In this document: positions 36,317 through 48,564 of the stretch, piece after piece
How positions within the stretch are numbered: position 1 is the first letter of the stretch
Layout of the letters: each line of letters opens with the position of its first letter
Source of the DNA: Eukaryota sp. TZLM1-RC
Lineage: Eukaryota > Protista > Metamonada: BaSk clade
Assembly: GCA_040285825.1 (NCBI GenBank)
Contig: JAUPSS010000007.1
Span: forward strand, 2,826,689 to 2,890,688
Length of the DNA stretch: 64,000 nucleotides
Direction: 5' to 3'
Position numbers and translations under genes: made by a program
The notes under the pieces: model-generated
Database searches by the model: none
Told to the model about the DNA's origin: nothing
The model's input: the letters and a program-made list of their open reading frames with translations, nothing else

Positions 36317-37131
36317 AGATTCTTCACTTTTTGTAACCATTGTACCACGAAGATTTGGATTGTGTGCCACTAATGAAACATTTGTAATAAAAATGAGATT
36401 ATATTTGAATATCCCATTAATCAATTATTATCAAAAGAAAAATGTATTTGTTCGAATTCACCTCAACTCACTTTGCGCCATGCTCTGAATTGTTCTAAAT
36501 TGATAACTTATCGTTCTTCATTACATGATGCTGTTAGAGACACTGTTTTCAATATGGTACAAATTGCAAGAATATCGTGTATCAAAGAGCCCATGCTGAA
36601 GGAAACAGTGTCCCTGAATAATTTTGGTTCTGATGATAGAGGTGATGTATACTGTAATTGGATTGATAATTCTGAAGCTATTGTTGACTTTGTCTCATGT
36701 AATGTTGCAAATGATACTTTGGTTCACAGAAGAAAACTTAATCCTGTGGCTGCTCTGGAGTTTAAAGCAAAAGAGAAACATAGAAAATAAGATAAGGATA
36801 TTGAAGAGGCTAATGCTGATAGAAATACACTGCTGGATTTTATTGCTTTCCCATCTTCGATAAATGGAAGATTATCAGATGAAGCAGAAACTTTTTTGAA
36901 TGACTTCCACATAATGGTTCAAGAAAAAACAATGAAAAGATTTGATATTCTTTTATGGCGTTCTCGGACTCAATTTGCCATTATTAATAGATTACCTCGG
37001 TTTTTCAATCGAAGAAGAGAAGCTTTAGCTAGACAGCAAGCAGATCAAGATTTTGTAGAGGAAATCTTGGTTCAATGATATTCGTCCCATTAGTTATGAC
37101 TTAATTTAATTAAGTGTGCAAGTTCAATAAA
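36317..37131 (+). mobile_element. 5'-truncated family A copy abutting the family F tail
   Basis: HALNCSKLITYR...DFVEEILVQ* followed by the family A 3' UTR. Confidence 0.92.
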
Positions 37132-37359
37132 TATATCATTTAAGGTTTTTAATAAGATTTAATAAGAAATAATAATAATAAAATTATGATCAAAATCACA
37201 CAGGAATTATTCGGCTTGATCAAGTCAAAATGAACTTTTTTCACAAAATTTCATCAACTTTTGGCATTTTTTTGATTGTTTGTTACAATACCTAAAGATG
37301 AAATGTGACAAATATTGTTTGAATAAGATAGAGAAATAAATAAAATTTAGATAGCTAAC

Positions 37360-37567
37360 ATAATAGAATTACAAATTGATTTAATATTTAAATAAATAAA
37401 TGTTTTTAAAAATGTAGCTTTATTATTTGCTTGTCTTTTCAATCACAACCAGTGGATTTATAATAATAGAATTACAAATTGATTTAATATTTAAATAAAT
37501 AAATGTTTTTAAAAATGTAGCTTTATTATTTGCTTGTCTTTTCAATCACAACCAGTGGATTTATAAT
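37360..37567. repeat. Perfect two-copy tandem duplication, period 103 bp
   Basis: taatagaattacaaattg...ccagtggatttataa starts at both 37361 and 37464. Confidence 0.92.
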
Positions 37568-38429
37568 CAAGTATGAAATAAAAAAGTACTAGGAAAAAAA
37601 TAAATAGATAAAATGATTCACCAACAGTTGTTGTCCTCCAATGATTTTATTATGAAGAGCAACACAGTTAAAATTCAAATTTGTGGATACCCATCAGATA
37701 CGTTGTTGAAGATTTCCTGGAACAAATTGCACAATCCTATTATACGCACATGACCAGTTGAAATTTTGTTTACATTTTCGTTTTCAACATTGAAACAGTC
37801 AGTCAACATTGAAACTTTGTGTATTCAGGTAAATTAGACAATGGAAGTATCGGGTTGGAATCTTTAGAAGGATCGTCTAAAACACAATCCTTAATCAACG
37901 TCTGGTGGTTTAACTAAGGATGACGAACTTCTTGATCTTCGTGTGCCAAACAATCACAATTTTTTTGTTCATCCAATCTGCAGGTTTTTTTCTCAATAGG
38001 TTTCTATGCTGCTAGGTTTATACTGTAAACTATTCATGTATTTTATGCAAAAAACACAAACTGTTGAAGAAAATTCTTGAAAAGCTAACAGTAACTAAAA
38101 CTAACAATTTCATTTCATTTATTTTGCACTTGTAATATGTTGAACTCAAAAATTTTCTATTTATTTTTATTTATTTTAGTCACCCTTATTTTTTTGAAAC
38201 GTTTTTGGAATAGAAGTAGATGTAACAATAAATTATTTAATAATAAAGCTGCTGAATTAGACAAATCAAGTATTAGTCCACAAAACCAGTGAATATACAT
38301 TGAGAAAAGTATTATTTCCAATGAAATACACAAATTCAGCACATACATAAATAAAATAAAATAGAAAAGAATAGATAAAAGTACTAAAATCGTTTTAAAA
38401 AAATTCCAAAACAGAAAATGAGCCAATGG

Positions 38430-39533
38430 TTACAAATCTTCTATATCGAAACCACGTTGATCTTTTGTGAAGCTAACTCTACCATCTTCCAAGCCCAACC
38501 CTGAAAGCTTCAGGCTTTGAACCACATCCACTGGCTTCAAGTCATTAATCATCTTGCGAGCTTCTTCATGAACACAATAGCAACGAACCAGAAGAATTGC
38601 CCATTCTCTAGCTAAGGGAGACAAAAACTCTAAAGAAAGGAAAGAAAGAATCGAATGAAAAAGTTTTGGAATTGATAGCGTGAATAGCTGCAAATCATCT
38701 CGATTATGAATCAGATTAAGAAGAATTGATAATAAAAAAGCCCTGTAACTTGCCAAATATTTGAAATTTGGAACTTGAAATTTGAGGTCTACAGTGAATC
38801 CAAGTAGCTCTAAATGATTTGATAGTTCTTCTCTTTTTCCACTTAATTTGTTTATTTTCTTTAAACTTGCATCTGCTGAGAGTGTAATTAAATAGCAAAT
38901 GGTTTTTAAAATCGACTTTACATCAACAATTTCAATATTTTCAGAGTTGGCCTTACAATAATTCGAGAGAAATTCCAGACAATTCATTAAATTTAAAACA
39001 TCAATTTCATTAAAATTTGAACTATTAGCTTTAATTTTGGAACTAATTTCATTTTGAACAAAACTGCAACAAACATTCACCACAGCTGGATTAAACTCAG
39101 TCACTAATGGCAAAATACAAGAAAACTGCGGTAATTTAAAATCAACTACCTGGGCCGCCACTAGATCATTGGTGAGAAAATTAGCAATGTTGACAGAGAA
39201 TGAAGAAGTATCAAGAGATGTAAAGACCTCAGAAACGTTTGGATGGTTTATAATAAGTGCAGCATTGTCGGTAGAGGAGCGAAGAATGCAGTTAAGCGTG
39301 GCAAAAAGAGGAGGAGAGGTGCGAGATGAGGCAATGATGGCGAAAAGTGTGGAGATAATATCATTTATGTATGGTATTGAAGAGTAGAGAGTTGAACAAC
39401 AATTACAGAGGAGCTTGAGTGCATATTCAGGGTCCTCTTCATGTAAGATCTGCTCTAGAAAGGAAGGAGTGAGAAGCTGGGCAGCAATATTAGGATCTTG
39501 GCACGATGCCAGATCCATGTTCATAATTGTCAT
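38430..39533 (-). CDS. Ataxin-10 domain (ARM-like) protein
   Basis: C-terminal LLNLIHNRDDLQ...SPLAREWAILLVR...INDLKP...L..LGL matches the Atx10homo_assoc pattern. Confidence 0.75.
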   Translation of the reverse strand: MTIMNMDLASCQDPNIAAQLLTPSFLEQILHEEDPEYALKLLCNCCSTLYSSIPYINDIISTLFAIIASSRTSPPLFATLNCILRSSTDNAALIINHPNVSEVFTSLDTSSFSVNIANFLTNDLVAAQVVDFKLPQFSCILPLVTEFNPAVVNVCCSFVQNEISSKIKANSSNFNEIDVLNLMNCLEFLSNYCKANSENIEIVDVKSILKTICYLITLSADASLKKINKLSGKREELSNHLELLGFTVDLKFQVPNFKYLASYRAFLLSILLNLIHNRDDLQLFTLSIPKLFHSILSFLSLEFLSPLAREWAILLVRCYCVHEEARKMINDLKPVDVVQSLKLSGLGLEDGRVSFTKDQRGFDIEDL

Positions 39534-39625
39534 GGCAATAGTAGTTATTAAGTGTAATAAAACCCGTACAATGGTGATGCAAAAACTATTCTAGTGAAAA
39601 CCATAAAGTGTAGTCAACTGACACA

Positions 39626-40140
39626 ATTGTTGTTTCCGGTTTAACTGGTTGTTTTACTATTTTAGACGCCATGTCTATTCACCCTTGTAATTCCTCTAAC
39701 GAACATCTCATTAACTCGGATGTAAATAATCCTCTTCTTGCAGGAGAAAAATACAAACTTGCTAAATATGCGAAACCCATTTCCTGAGTTTATGAAAATT
39801 CTCATGCCCAATATAATTTATGTCCCTTTGTATTTTCTTTGCTTGGATCTTTGGGTAGGGCTGCTATGGCTTTCCTTGAGGATTTTGTTGTAGTTGTAAA
39901 GAAAAGAACCGGAAGATTTGTTAATCGTATTTACTGGCAAAACAGGATTGTATTTTCCATTTCTAAGAGAATGGTAAAACTGGTTTCTGATTCACTATCT
40001 TCTTTTGGGAAATTTTCTAAATCCTTGGCAATTAATTGTTTTGATGTAAGGGAGGCAGGTTCTGAGGATGTGGAGTTTCAATTGTGTATTTGATGTTTTC
40101 ATATTTGTTGTTGAATAAAATAAAAGTTTTTTTTTAAAAA
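39626..40140 (+). mobile_element. Family C 3' fragment
   Basis: Near-identical to the reverse complement of 12800-13290; ends GSEDVEF. Confidence 0.9.
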
Positions 40141-41093
40141 ACTGACTCAGTTTATTGTAGAAACAGCCCAAAAACTACAAAACAAACAGGAAACTACCAT
40201 ACATGAGTGGATGTCCACTCGCTTCATTGATTTGAAAAATCATTCAATTTGTTGCAACAGTTGAAGAATTCCTTTTCTTCACTTCTTTCCTGCCTTCGGA
40301 GAAATACATCATTCTACTATTTAAAATGACTGAAAATCTGTGAAACTACTGATTGGCTCTACAAAAGGTCCTAAATGACAATTAAATCTAAAAATCGAGA
40401 AGTGTTTCTGTTTACAAAAGTGGGTGAGCATCCAAAGCAGTAAAGGTCGGACTGAGAGGACGTTTTGGTGTTGCGTGAAGCTACCATATCCCGCAGGGGA
40501 TTGTTTGATGTGGTGACATTCATAGCACAACCACCTGGAAGAGTCTTATCATGGGAACAGGAATCAATATTAGAACCGTTGGAAGACATTAGGAGAAGAC
40601 ACAAAAAATACAGAATAGGGGGTCTTGTAAAATACAAAAATACAAGAAATATACTGTTTTTGTATTTTCCAGGTATGCAAATTACTGCTTTATGAATCAC
40701 AGTTTGGGTGAGTAGTTTCATTCAGCTTATGGAATGAAGATCATTAAAAAAACAAATGTAATCTACTTATTCAGTCAGTGTTAAATAGTTGAGTAGAAAA
40801 TAGATAATGACTATAGTAAGAAATCAAACAGAAAAAATGAGTTTATTGCTGGTGTGCAAAGATTAACAAGAAATCCCCTGTTTTAAATGAAGAACTTAAT
40901 ACTTGAACTTAATACAGTACGTTTGACACAAATCACGGGGTGTTGTTGAAAAAAAACAAGTTTGATAAATACAGAAGGAATGTGAAAAAAATAAAAAAAA
41001 ATAAAAAAATAGACAAGTAATGTAAAGCTAACTGAAGTGTTGGGAAAACTGATGACAAATAGCAAAACCGAAAAAGATCCAAAAATTAAGTGA

Positions 41094-41402
41094 TTACACC
41101 TGCATTGACGGGGATTCTTCTTCCTTCTCATCTACGTTAGTGGATAGAAGATCTAATGCTAGGTAGGGAGTTATCGTGGCGGATGGTGCATCTGGCTGTG
41201 GAATCTCTTGAATAGCATCATACATAGTGGAGTAAAAGCCATGGACAAGAGAATTGAATCGTTGAGCATGTTGTTCAATGTCAAGGTTGAAGTTTGGATC
41301 TACATGAGATAGAGATGCACAAAGAGACCCCGCTTCTTCCAAGATCTGGGGTAGCATGTCTTCAGCACGAGTGACTAACTCAAGGGCAGGTGTCTGTTCC
41401 AT
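41094..41402 (-). CDS. Small helical protein, Mediator MED11-like
   Basis: 102 aa; EDMLPQILEEAGSLCASLS...EQHAQRFNSLV resembles the MED11 helix pattern. Confidence 0.5.
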   Translation of the reverse strand: MEQTPALELVTRAEDMLPQILEEAGSLCASLSHVDPNFNLDIEQHAQRFNSLVHGFYSTMYDAIQEIPQPDAPSATITPYLALDLLSTNVDEKEEESPSMQV

Positions 41403-41677
41403 TTGGTGAAGGGTTGTGTGCAATAAATAAATAAAGCAATAAATCGAATTGTTGAAGAATTTCATTTTGAAAGATGATTTTCAAAAATTATTTCATGTTT
41501 TTTTATTTTGAAAGCACAATACAATGTAATTGGAGAACTCTATTGAAAATGCCATCGCAATCAGTCAATTGAATTACGCTCAAGAAAACTATGATTTGTT
41601 CAATCAATTGATTGTTCTGCTTAATTGGGTTTGCTATAAATTTAGAAATAAAAAAACAAATTAAATTAATTAAAAGA

Positions 41678-42832
41678 CTAAAAACTGAAAACGGAAACTT
41701 GACTATCTGAACCACCACAGACTAAAGAATTACTAGCACAATCCATTGAAAATAGCTTAACTTTACCTTCATCACAAACAACAAGCTTTTCAACTGGTTC
41801 TTTCAAAGAACCTCTAATATCCCAAAGTCTGACAACTCCATCATAGTAGGTGCCACCAATCAAAAAGGGGTTCAAAATACGACAAGAAGATGAAAGACCA
41901 CTTGTTTTTGGAGCGATAAAGCAGTGGGTAATTGAGTTACTTCTGAAATCAGAAAGTCGAATTGAACTGTCAAAATGACTGGTTGCCGTTATATTGAATG
42001 AAGGATCATAATCAATACCAGTGATTGGGGATGATGTCGATAAATGACTGGTAACTGTCGAGGATTGAATATCAAACACAGTCAACAATCCACTGCCCAA
42101 TCCGGCAAGTATAGAACCCTCAACCTTCCATTCTAGTCGTTTGATTTCTCTTGACTGATTGACATTGATTAGAGCTTCCACTGAAGAGTTTTCAGTATCT
42201 TCCAGTTGGAATAGAGACATGCCACCATTAACACATCCAGTAACCAACATTGATCCATCGGGGGAAATGTCCAGACTTTCAACGGAATTCAAGTGACCCC
42301 CATAAGAATTCAGGGTCAAAAATGAATCATTTTGAACTTGACATCGCTTGACCGTACCATCACGGGAAGAGGCAACTATATTAACAGTGTCCTCACCCAT
42401 AAAGCAAGCCACATCTGTAACTGAATTGGAAAACAGAGTACTGGAAGCAACGAGTATATTGTTTTCCCAGCGGTGTATGGAACCATCAGCACATCCAGAG
42501 AAGAAAGAGGTAGGAGAATCGAGTTTGAGAGCATAGACCCAGTCTGGATGTGGGAGAGATTCATTGAGTTGAGGGGAGGCTGTGGTTAGAGAGACGTGGA
42601 GGAGGAGAGAATCTTCAGAGGAGAGTTTGTTGGTGGTTATAAAAGTGGATAAATCAGTTTGGAGTAAAATATTATTACATACAAAGGTATAAAGATGAGT
42701 TGCACTGGTGAGAGAATTAATGAGATTGGTCAGATCTGAAGGGGTAGATGTTGTTGGAAGACGAAACGCATCTGTTGGTAGTTGTATAGCACTGTCAGTG
42801 GTGGTGAAACGTATTTGTATCGTGTCTGACAT
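41678..42832 (-). CDS. WDR12: Ribosome biogenesis protein YTM1/WDR12 (NLE/UBL + WD40)
   Basis: IQIRFTT...LTNLINSL...F...LLQTDL...SED (NLE domain), then HPDWV, GH and WD repeats. Confidence 0.82.
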   Translation of the reverse strand: MSDTIQIRFTTTDSAIQLPTDAFRLPTTSTPSDLTNLINSLTSATHLYTFVCNNILLQTDLSTFITTNKLSSEDSLLLHVSLTTASPQLNESLPHPDWVYALKLDSPTSFFSGCADGSIHRWENNILVASSTLFSNSVTDVACFMGEDTVNIVASSRDGTVKRCQVQNDSFLTLNSYGGHLNSVESLDISPDGSMLVTGCVNGGMSLFQLEDTENSSVEALINVNQSREIKRLEWKVEGSILAGLGSGLLTVFDIQSSTVTSHLSTSSPITGIDYDPSFNITATSHFDSSIRLSDFRSNSITHCFIAPKTSGLSSSCRILNPFLIGGTYYDGVVRLWDIRGSLKEPVEKLVVCDEGKVKLFSMDCASNSLVCGGSDSQVSVFSF

Positions 42833-42979
42833 CTGCTGATAGCTTGAAGAGTACAAGTCAGAATCAGAATTTAACAGAGAATTTCTCATCAAATGGGAAT
42901 TGAATAAATGTCGCCCAACACTGTTCCAAAGGTTTGTATACACTAAACACCTTGGAAATACATTGATGAAAACAGTTAC

Positions 42980-43480
42980 TGAGGGTAAGATGTCTCTAGA
43001 CTAGTTGGTCGGACGTCGCGGGCAATCGAACTTGGCGTTATTTACCCTTCCGTCATCATGATAGATCTTTCTATGAAAGAGCTTACAGCAATTCACTTTT
43101 GCTGAGGTCATAAACTCGTCCCCGACTTTGAGGCTTTCAAAGTGTTTTTTGATTTGTTTGAGAAATCTCTTTGTGGGGGATTTCACAGCTTGACGAGAAG
43201 GACCACCACCGCTATTCCCGAACCAAACTATAGTGTTTCTTCCTTCAGACAAGCGTTTAATTTTATTAATAAAACTAGTTGGTCTCTTTTGTCTTCGTAT
43301 GAAAAATCAAACTTATTTCTTCTAAGATTTTGGCTTGCACCACGCTGCAGGTTGTCACACATAATTGAAGAATTGTGAAGTCAAAATTTGCAGAGACACG
43401 TCTCGACTCAAATCCCGCTTTAGTCGGTCGACCATACGTTTTTTTGCCTTCTGGGTGAACATGAACCGCAAAAAATCACT
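42980..43480 (-). pseudogene. Fanzor1-like RNA-guided nuclease relic 2 (pre-RuvC-II helices, RuvC-II, Zn ribbon, RuvC-III)
   Basis: One frame with in-frame stops: ...QFFNYV*...WCKPKS*KK*V*FFIRRQKRPTSFINKIKRLSEGRNTIVWFGNSGGGPSRQAVKSPTKRFLKQIKKHF...GDEFMTSAKVNCC...CPRRPTN*SRD. Confidence 0.75.
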
Positions 43481-43536
43481 ATTTGAAAAAAATGGTATAG
43501 TTGATAAATTTAGAATTATTAAAAAACAGATAAGGC

Positions 43537-43935
43537 TTGTTCCTATTAGTATTTGTAGATTTTTTTATCGGATATACAAGTTTAGTCCCTCTAAAAGAAC
43601 TTAATGCTTTAAAATGCGCAGATGCTTTAATTTGGAATTTTTGCGCAATTTTTGGCACACCTGTGTTAATTCATAGTAATAATGGTCCTGAGTTCGCCAA
43701 TGAGACTTTCAAAATAGTGTGTAATAATTTAGCGACTGAGACAAGTAACCCAATACTCCACTACTCTGAAAGTAATGGAGTTGCGGAACGTAAACGCCAG
43801 AATGTTTTTCAATGATTAATAGACTTTAATGATGACAGAAATTGGGCAACATATGTAGCTATATCCTGAATATTGCTAAATTCTACTTAAAGCAGAAAAA
43901 CTGGTTTTAACCCATACGAACTTATGTTTAGATTT
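43537..43935 (+). mobile_element. Decayed retroviral-type (rve) integrase core, Gypsy/Ginger-like
   Basis: LVFVD...AIFGTPVLIHSNNGPEFAN...SESNGVAER...KTGFNPYELMF; the second catalytic D is replaced by N and there are stops. Confidence 0.82.
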
Positions 43936-44049
43936 TCGATTAGTCTAATAACAGACCCTGCTGATATATTAGGAAATATATCCAAATTTGATTGGTTGTA
44001 ATTGACACACAGTTTTATAATATTTATTAAACTTCCACACTTAACAAAC

Positions 44050-44262
44050 TTTTTTTTAATTTTAATTTATTTTCAAAACCACAGTCCAAAAGTCAATATC
44101 TTCAAAAGAAGCTTCCACACCATCAAACCTTACAGCGGCAATGTCTTCGTAATGTGCGCTGACAGACATTAAAGCTTTCGAAATCATTTTAGGAATAAAA
44201 AACTAAACAAACTAAACTCATAACTAATGGGACTAAATTCATTGAACCAAGATTCCCTACAA
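44050..44262 (-). mobile_element. Adjacent 3'-end fragments of family E (44050-44195) and family A (~44215-44262)
   Basis: Reverse complement matches 21190-21340 and the family A stop/3' UTR. Confidence 0.8.
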
Positions 44263-44917
44263 ACAGCTGTATTCGTAAAATTGAATTTGGCTAAAGATAA
44301 ATGTAAGTTGAAAATAGAACAACATTGAATTGAGTTTTCTGTCAATGTTGAGTTTTTAAATATTTTATATATTCATTATTTTTATTTAATTATTCTTGAT
44401 TTTCTGTTGTTCTGTCAATGAGGACAATGTAGCTGGAGTGACGTGACAATTGAGGATCGAGTGAATACATTGAATGGCCAAAAGAAACTTCATTTTCAAA
44501 TATGGGTGTTTCTGTCTTCCCTTTTTAAAATACTTTTTAACAATAACAAGAAAAAAGAACTTTTTCATTTTAACAATCAACGTCAAATAGTGAACTTGTA
44601 ACATTTTTAAGTCATCGCCTAAGGTGTTTTTATTATTCTACCCCCTCACACAACCATATACGACATTCCCTGGCAGCAAAGGAGCTTATTCCATTTTGTA
44701 AAGTCCTGTCACTCAAATTATAATAATCACAAACCTCTTCAAAAAGTTGGACAAAAAATGTATTGTAACAAGGACAAACTTATTGGACAGCTTTATCGAT
44801 TCATTAGGAAAAGGTTAAGAACACATCAAAAAGAATCAAACACAAAGCCAAACAACAGATTTCCAAAACCAAGAAAGTATTTACATCACTGAGCAAATTA
44901 CTGCTAAAAGTACCAGA

Positions 44918-45514
44918 CTAAAACCGTATCCTAAATATCCTACTCAGAATTATCTTAAGACAAACCAAGCCAAAAATGATAAATCCGACTGTAGTAAAAA
45001 CAAGAGACAATAGCTCTTCCCGTTTCATGCTCCTCAACGTCTGGTGTCCTCTCTTCAACGAACTGGCTATCCTATGATGTATTCCTAACGTAGAATCCAG
45101 TAATTCACGTGTATCCTCCAGCCGGTTTCCAATAGCATCTGTCCTCTCAATCTCTTCTCTCACATGATCTCTCGTACGTTCCAGACCTGCAGTGATACGT
45201 TGTCGTACACTGTCGGTTTTGGGTTTTGGAGATGCAGATGTAAAATAAAATAGTTGGCGTTGTGCTTCCCTTATTGATGTGTTTGTACTACGTAATGAGG
45301 TGTAATAGGCATGTTTTAGTCGTTCTAATAAATCACTGTGGTTCTTCTCCATATCAAGCCTTTTAATCGGCAAAGATTCATCAGAAATGTGCTTTTGATA
45401 GGTATTTAGCATCATTAAACCTTTTCTATATTGTTGGCCAGCCATCTTAGGGTCGGAGCATGTAGACAATCTGTTGATCAGGTTTGTAACAGAAGAAGTA
45501 AGCTCAGATGTCAT
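44918..45514 (-). CDS. SEC20: SNARE Sec20/BNIP1-like tail-anchored protein
   Basis: ITAGLERTRDHVREEIERT SNARE-like heptads plus a C-terminal TM ending in basic residues. Confidence 0.72.
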   Translation of the reverse strand: MTSELTSSVTNLINRLSTCSDPKMAGQQYRKGLMMLNTYQKHISDESLPIKRLDMEKNHSDLLERLKHAYYTSLRSTNTSIREAQRQLFYFTSASPKPKTDSVRQRITAGLERTRDHVREEIERTDAIGNRLEDTRELLDSTLGIHHRIASSLKRGHQTLRSMKREELLSLVFTTVGFIIFGLVCLKIILSRIFRIRF

Positions 45515-45689
45515 TCTTGTGGATATTATCTTATAACAATGAAATAAGTGTCGTTTACGCAGACGAACACTATGAGGTAAGTTGCGGGATAAAGTTGATG
45601 TAAGGTGGCCCTTGTATTACCAAAAATTCTCCGATAATTCAATTTGATAATCAATTTTTATGCTTGGTCAGAAGTCAAAGCAAGTTATT

Positions 45690-48520
45690 CATTTTTTCCA
45701 AGATAGTGTTGCGTTTCTTCCAAACACAAGGTAAAACAATGAGATCCAATTTCTCCATTTTGATGAAGTTTGGATACTTCTTATATTCTTAAATTACTGA
45801 AATTGAAGCTGTGTTAGTTTTATCTTAATTAGATGATACGTATATTTCACTGGATCAATCTGTTGATAGTGAGCAATTGTTAGCTTATTTATCGCACCAT
45901 TATTCAAAAATTGGGTTAAGTTAAATAATAGAAAATACATTAGTTTTTGAAAGTACTGGAAATTTTACCTGTTCAGGTAGTCCAATTGGTTTAAACGAGT
46001 ATGAAAGACAATTTCTTGATGAAAAACTAATAAATAAGCTGATTAATAATTGAATTTTTTCTGTATGTCAAAGTCACACAGAATTGTTCCCTATTTAAAA
46101 CCATCTCACTTTTGTGTTTTCAAATTACTTTGTTGTTAAAGCAAAGTAAAGTTCTTTACTGTTCTATAAGGTTAATTTTTGAACAACTTTACTAAAGAAT
46201 TGATTTGCCAATTCATTTTGTCTTCAAATGAACTATGAACAAGTTTTGAAAGATCTAAACATAGTTGGAAATAACTCAAAAAGTTACTCTGGAGAAAGGA
46301 CAAAACATCATATTTTCTTTTGATGTTTGATTCGAAACAGCTGAAGACCACTTAGTCATTTTTGCAAAGCAAACACGTGACAAATTGACAATCAATGTGA
46401 AAGACTGAGGCTGTAACACCATCAAGTCACAGCTTCTAATGTATATATCATTCATCCAGAATACACTCGCAGTGGTACAAGCATTTAAAAGCTTGAAATG
46501 CTGATTATTTACAGGGGGACTTGAAAATATGAAATCTTTTGATCAATCAAATGCAGATATTAGCAACAACTCTTCTTGTAGAAATTACAAAAATTGTTGA
46601 TTCAATCAAATTTCTAAATTAAACTATGTCAAACAGTATTACTAGGAGAACTCTATTTATGGCTTCAGTACTGAACATCATTATTATTGATGATATTCCC
46701 CTTCATGCTTTTAGATCGCATAAACTTGGTGGTATTGACCTAACTCGGTCATTCATTTTATCAACTGCTGCGATTTTAGGTGGAATCAAGAACTTCCTAT
46801 TGAAACTTGCTATATGGTTTCCTCATCAGTGGAATTATTTAGCACATAATTCTACTTCAGTTGCAATGAAACTTTTGCGTTCCTTTCTAGAAAATTGTTC
46901 GAATTATTTCTGAAAATCATTATTCTGCAAAAGTTGATTTTACCACTAATGAAACTAAAGATTCACCAAACTTTTTAAGAACTGTTCCTGAACAACACAA
47001 AAAGATTATTAATTTATTAAACCATTTATATAAAGAATCAAATAAAAACAAAACAAACTAAAACACATAAGAAACTAAATTTTCCACGCCAACTCTTGAT
47101 GAATCCTTATAAAGTTTAGACATCATTAAACTCAAGTACTTGGGAACACTTCTGTACAAAGCGAAAATGATACGATTTTTCCATAAATTCTCTGCAAAAT
47201 TCTTACCACTTGAACGACATAAATTACCAAAATCATTGATGAAATTCAAGGCGGATTGTCCAATGTTGCCAAAAATCGAAAAGGCAAAAGGAAAAAACGA
47301 AAACTTCGAATAAAGGTTCTTATTTAAATCATTTAATATCTCATTATATTTATCTCTCTTACGATCTTCAGCCTTGTTTAAATGACCATTAGTACTAAGT
47401 AAAACATCATCGCGATAAACAAAAGCAAAGGGATCAACTGTAATGAAATCAACAACAACTTGAGAGGAACCCACAAAAGGAGCAATTAAATCACCTCGAC
47501 GTGAATTAAAAAGATTATCATCACTATAATGCTTCAACAAAGGTTCTACTTTGCAACTAAAATTGTAACACTTGAACATCTCATATGTCACATCACGAAC
47601 GGCATTATGAAGAACTGACCTATATTGGAGAAATTTCTTACAGCTCACAATATGACGAAAATTGGCAGTAAAAAGATTATTAATTATTTAAAAGCAGAAT
47701 CACTGAACAACCAAATTAGTTATGCTCATAACATTGGTCAATTTTTCTTTGAAATTATTTTTGTCTTTTTTGAGCAGTTTGAATTCTTACTCAAATAGTT
47801 CATCTTGATTGATAACACATGTTCCTTGCCGTTTTGGACTATTGCTATCATTTATTCAATTTTTGACAGTCGTGTCAATAAGACTTAATCTACCTCTTCA
47901 TCTCCTTCTCAATGTTTATCAAATGAAAAATGTAAATGTGGTGCTTATGGTTCTTTTGATCACATTATTTCCTGCAGTAATTTCACTCAAAAAGGATCAT
48001 TTATCCATAATGCTGTCCCAGATTGTATTTATATTCCAGTTCGTTTAGAACCTCTATTTGATGAATTAAATTTCAGTTTGAGCCAAAAACAAGGTGATAT
48101 TCAATGTGCTTGGTATGACTGAACTAATTATCGATTGTACCACCGTATATCCATGAAAGGAAGTTTCAATTTTGACATTCAACATTTACTTAAAGTTGTA
48201 GAGCTTTCCAAGAAACCAAAGTACGAAGCGCTTCTACAACGTCTTAATGGAGCAAGAGGCAGAAACATCAAATTTGTCCCAATTGCTGATTCAATTTTTG
48301 GTGCCATTGAATGTGAAAGTCTAAACTGTTTACATAATTTAGGAACTCTTCTCAAAGAAAGTGGTTGTACATTTGATTTTCACATTTGGAAGAACAGAAT
48401 TGTATTTTGAAAGCACTTCCTCATTATATTATTTCCATTTTGAATAACATTACACAGTTTTATAACAAATGAGTTGCTGAGCAAGTGAATAGCGAAAATC
48501 TCCTGACATTCAATTAATAT
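45690..48520 (+). mobile_element. Highly decayed CRE-like element, family G, in pieces
   Basis: Remnants VKQ*DP, LDD, KLGGIDLT, HVPCRFGLL, KKPKY, FVPIA.SIFG and WKNRIVF. Confidence 0.6.
47015..47669 (-). mobile_element. 5'-truncated family B copy nested in family G
   Basis: ORF nearly identical to 6063-6746; 16-bp TSD aaaaagattattaatt at 46999-47014 and 47670-47685. Confidence 0.95.
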
Positions 48521-48564
48521 AGTTTGAGTAGGTAAAAGCTTTAGTTAAGGTTTGTTGTTGAGTT

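Noticed and set aside
37680-37990. Weak resemblance of FLEQIAQSYYT...LHF to a Fanzor N-terminal region
   Set aside because: It needs frameshifts and has no diagnostic motif, so it cannot be supported by eye.
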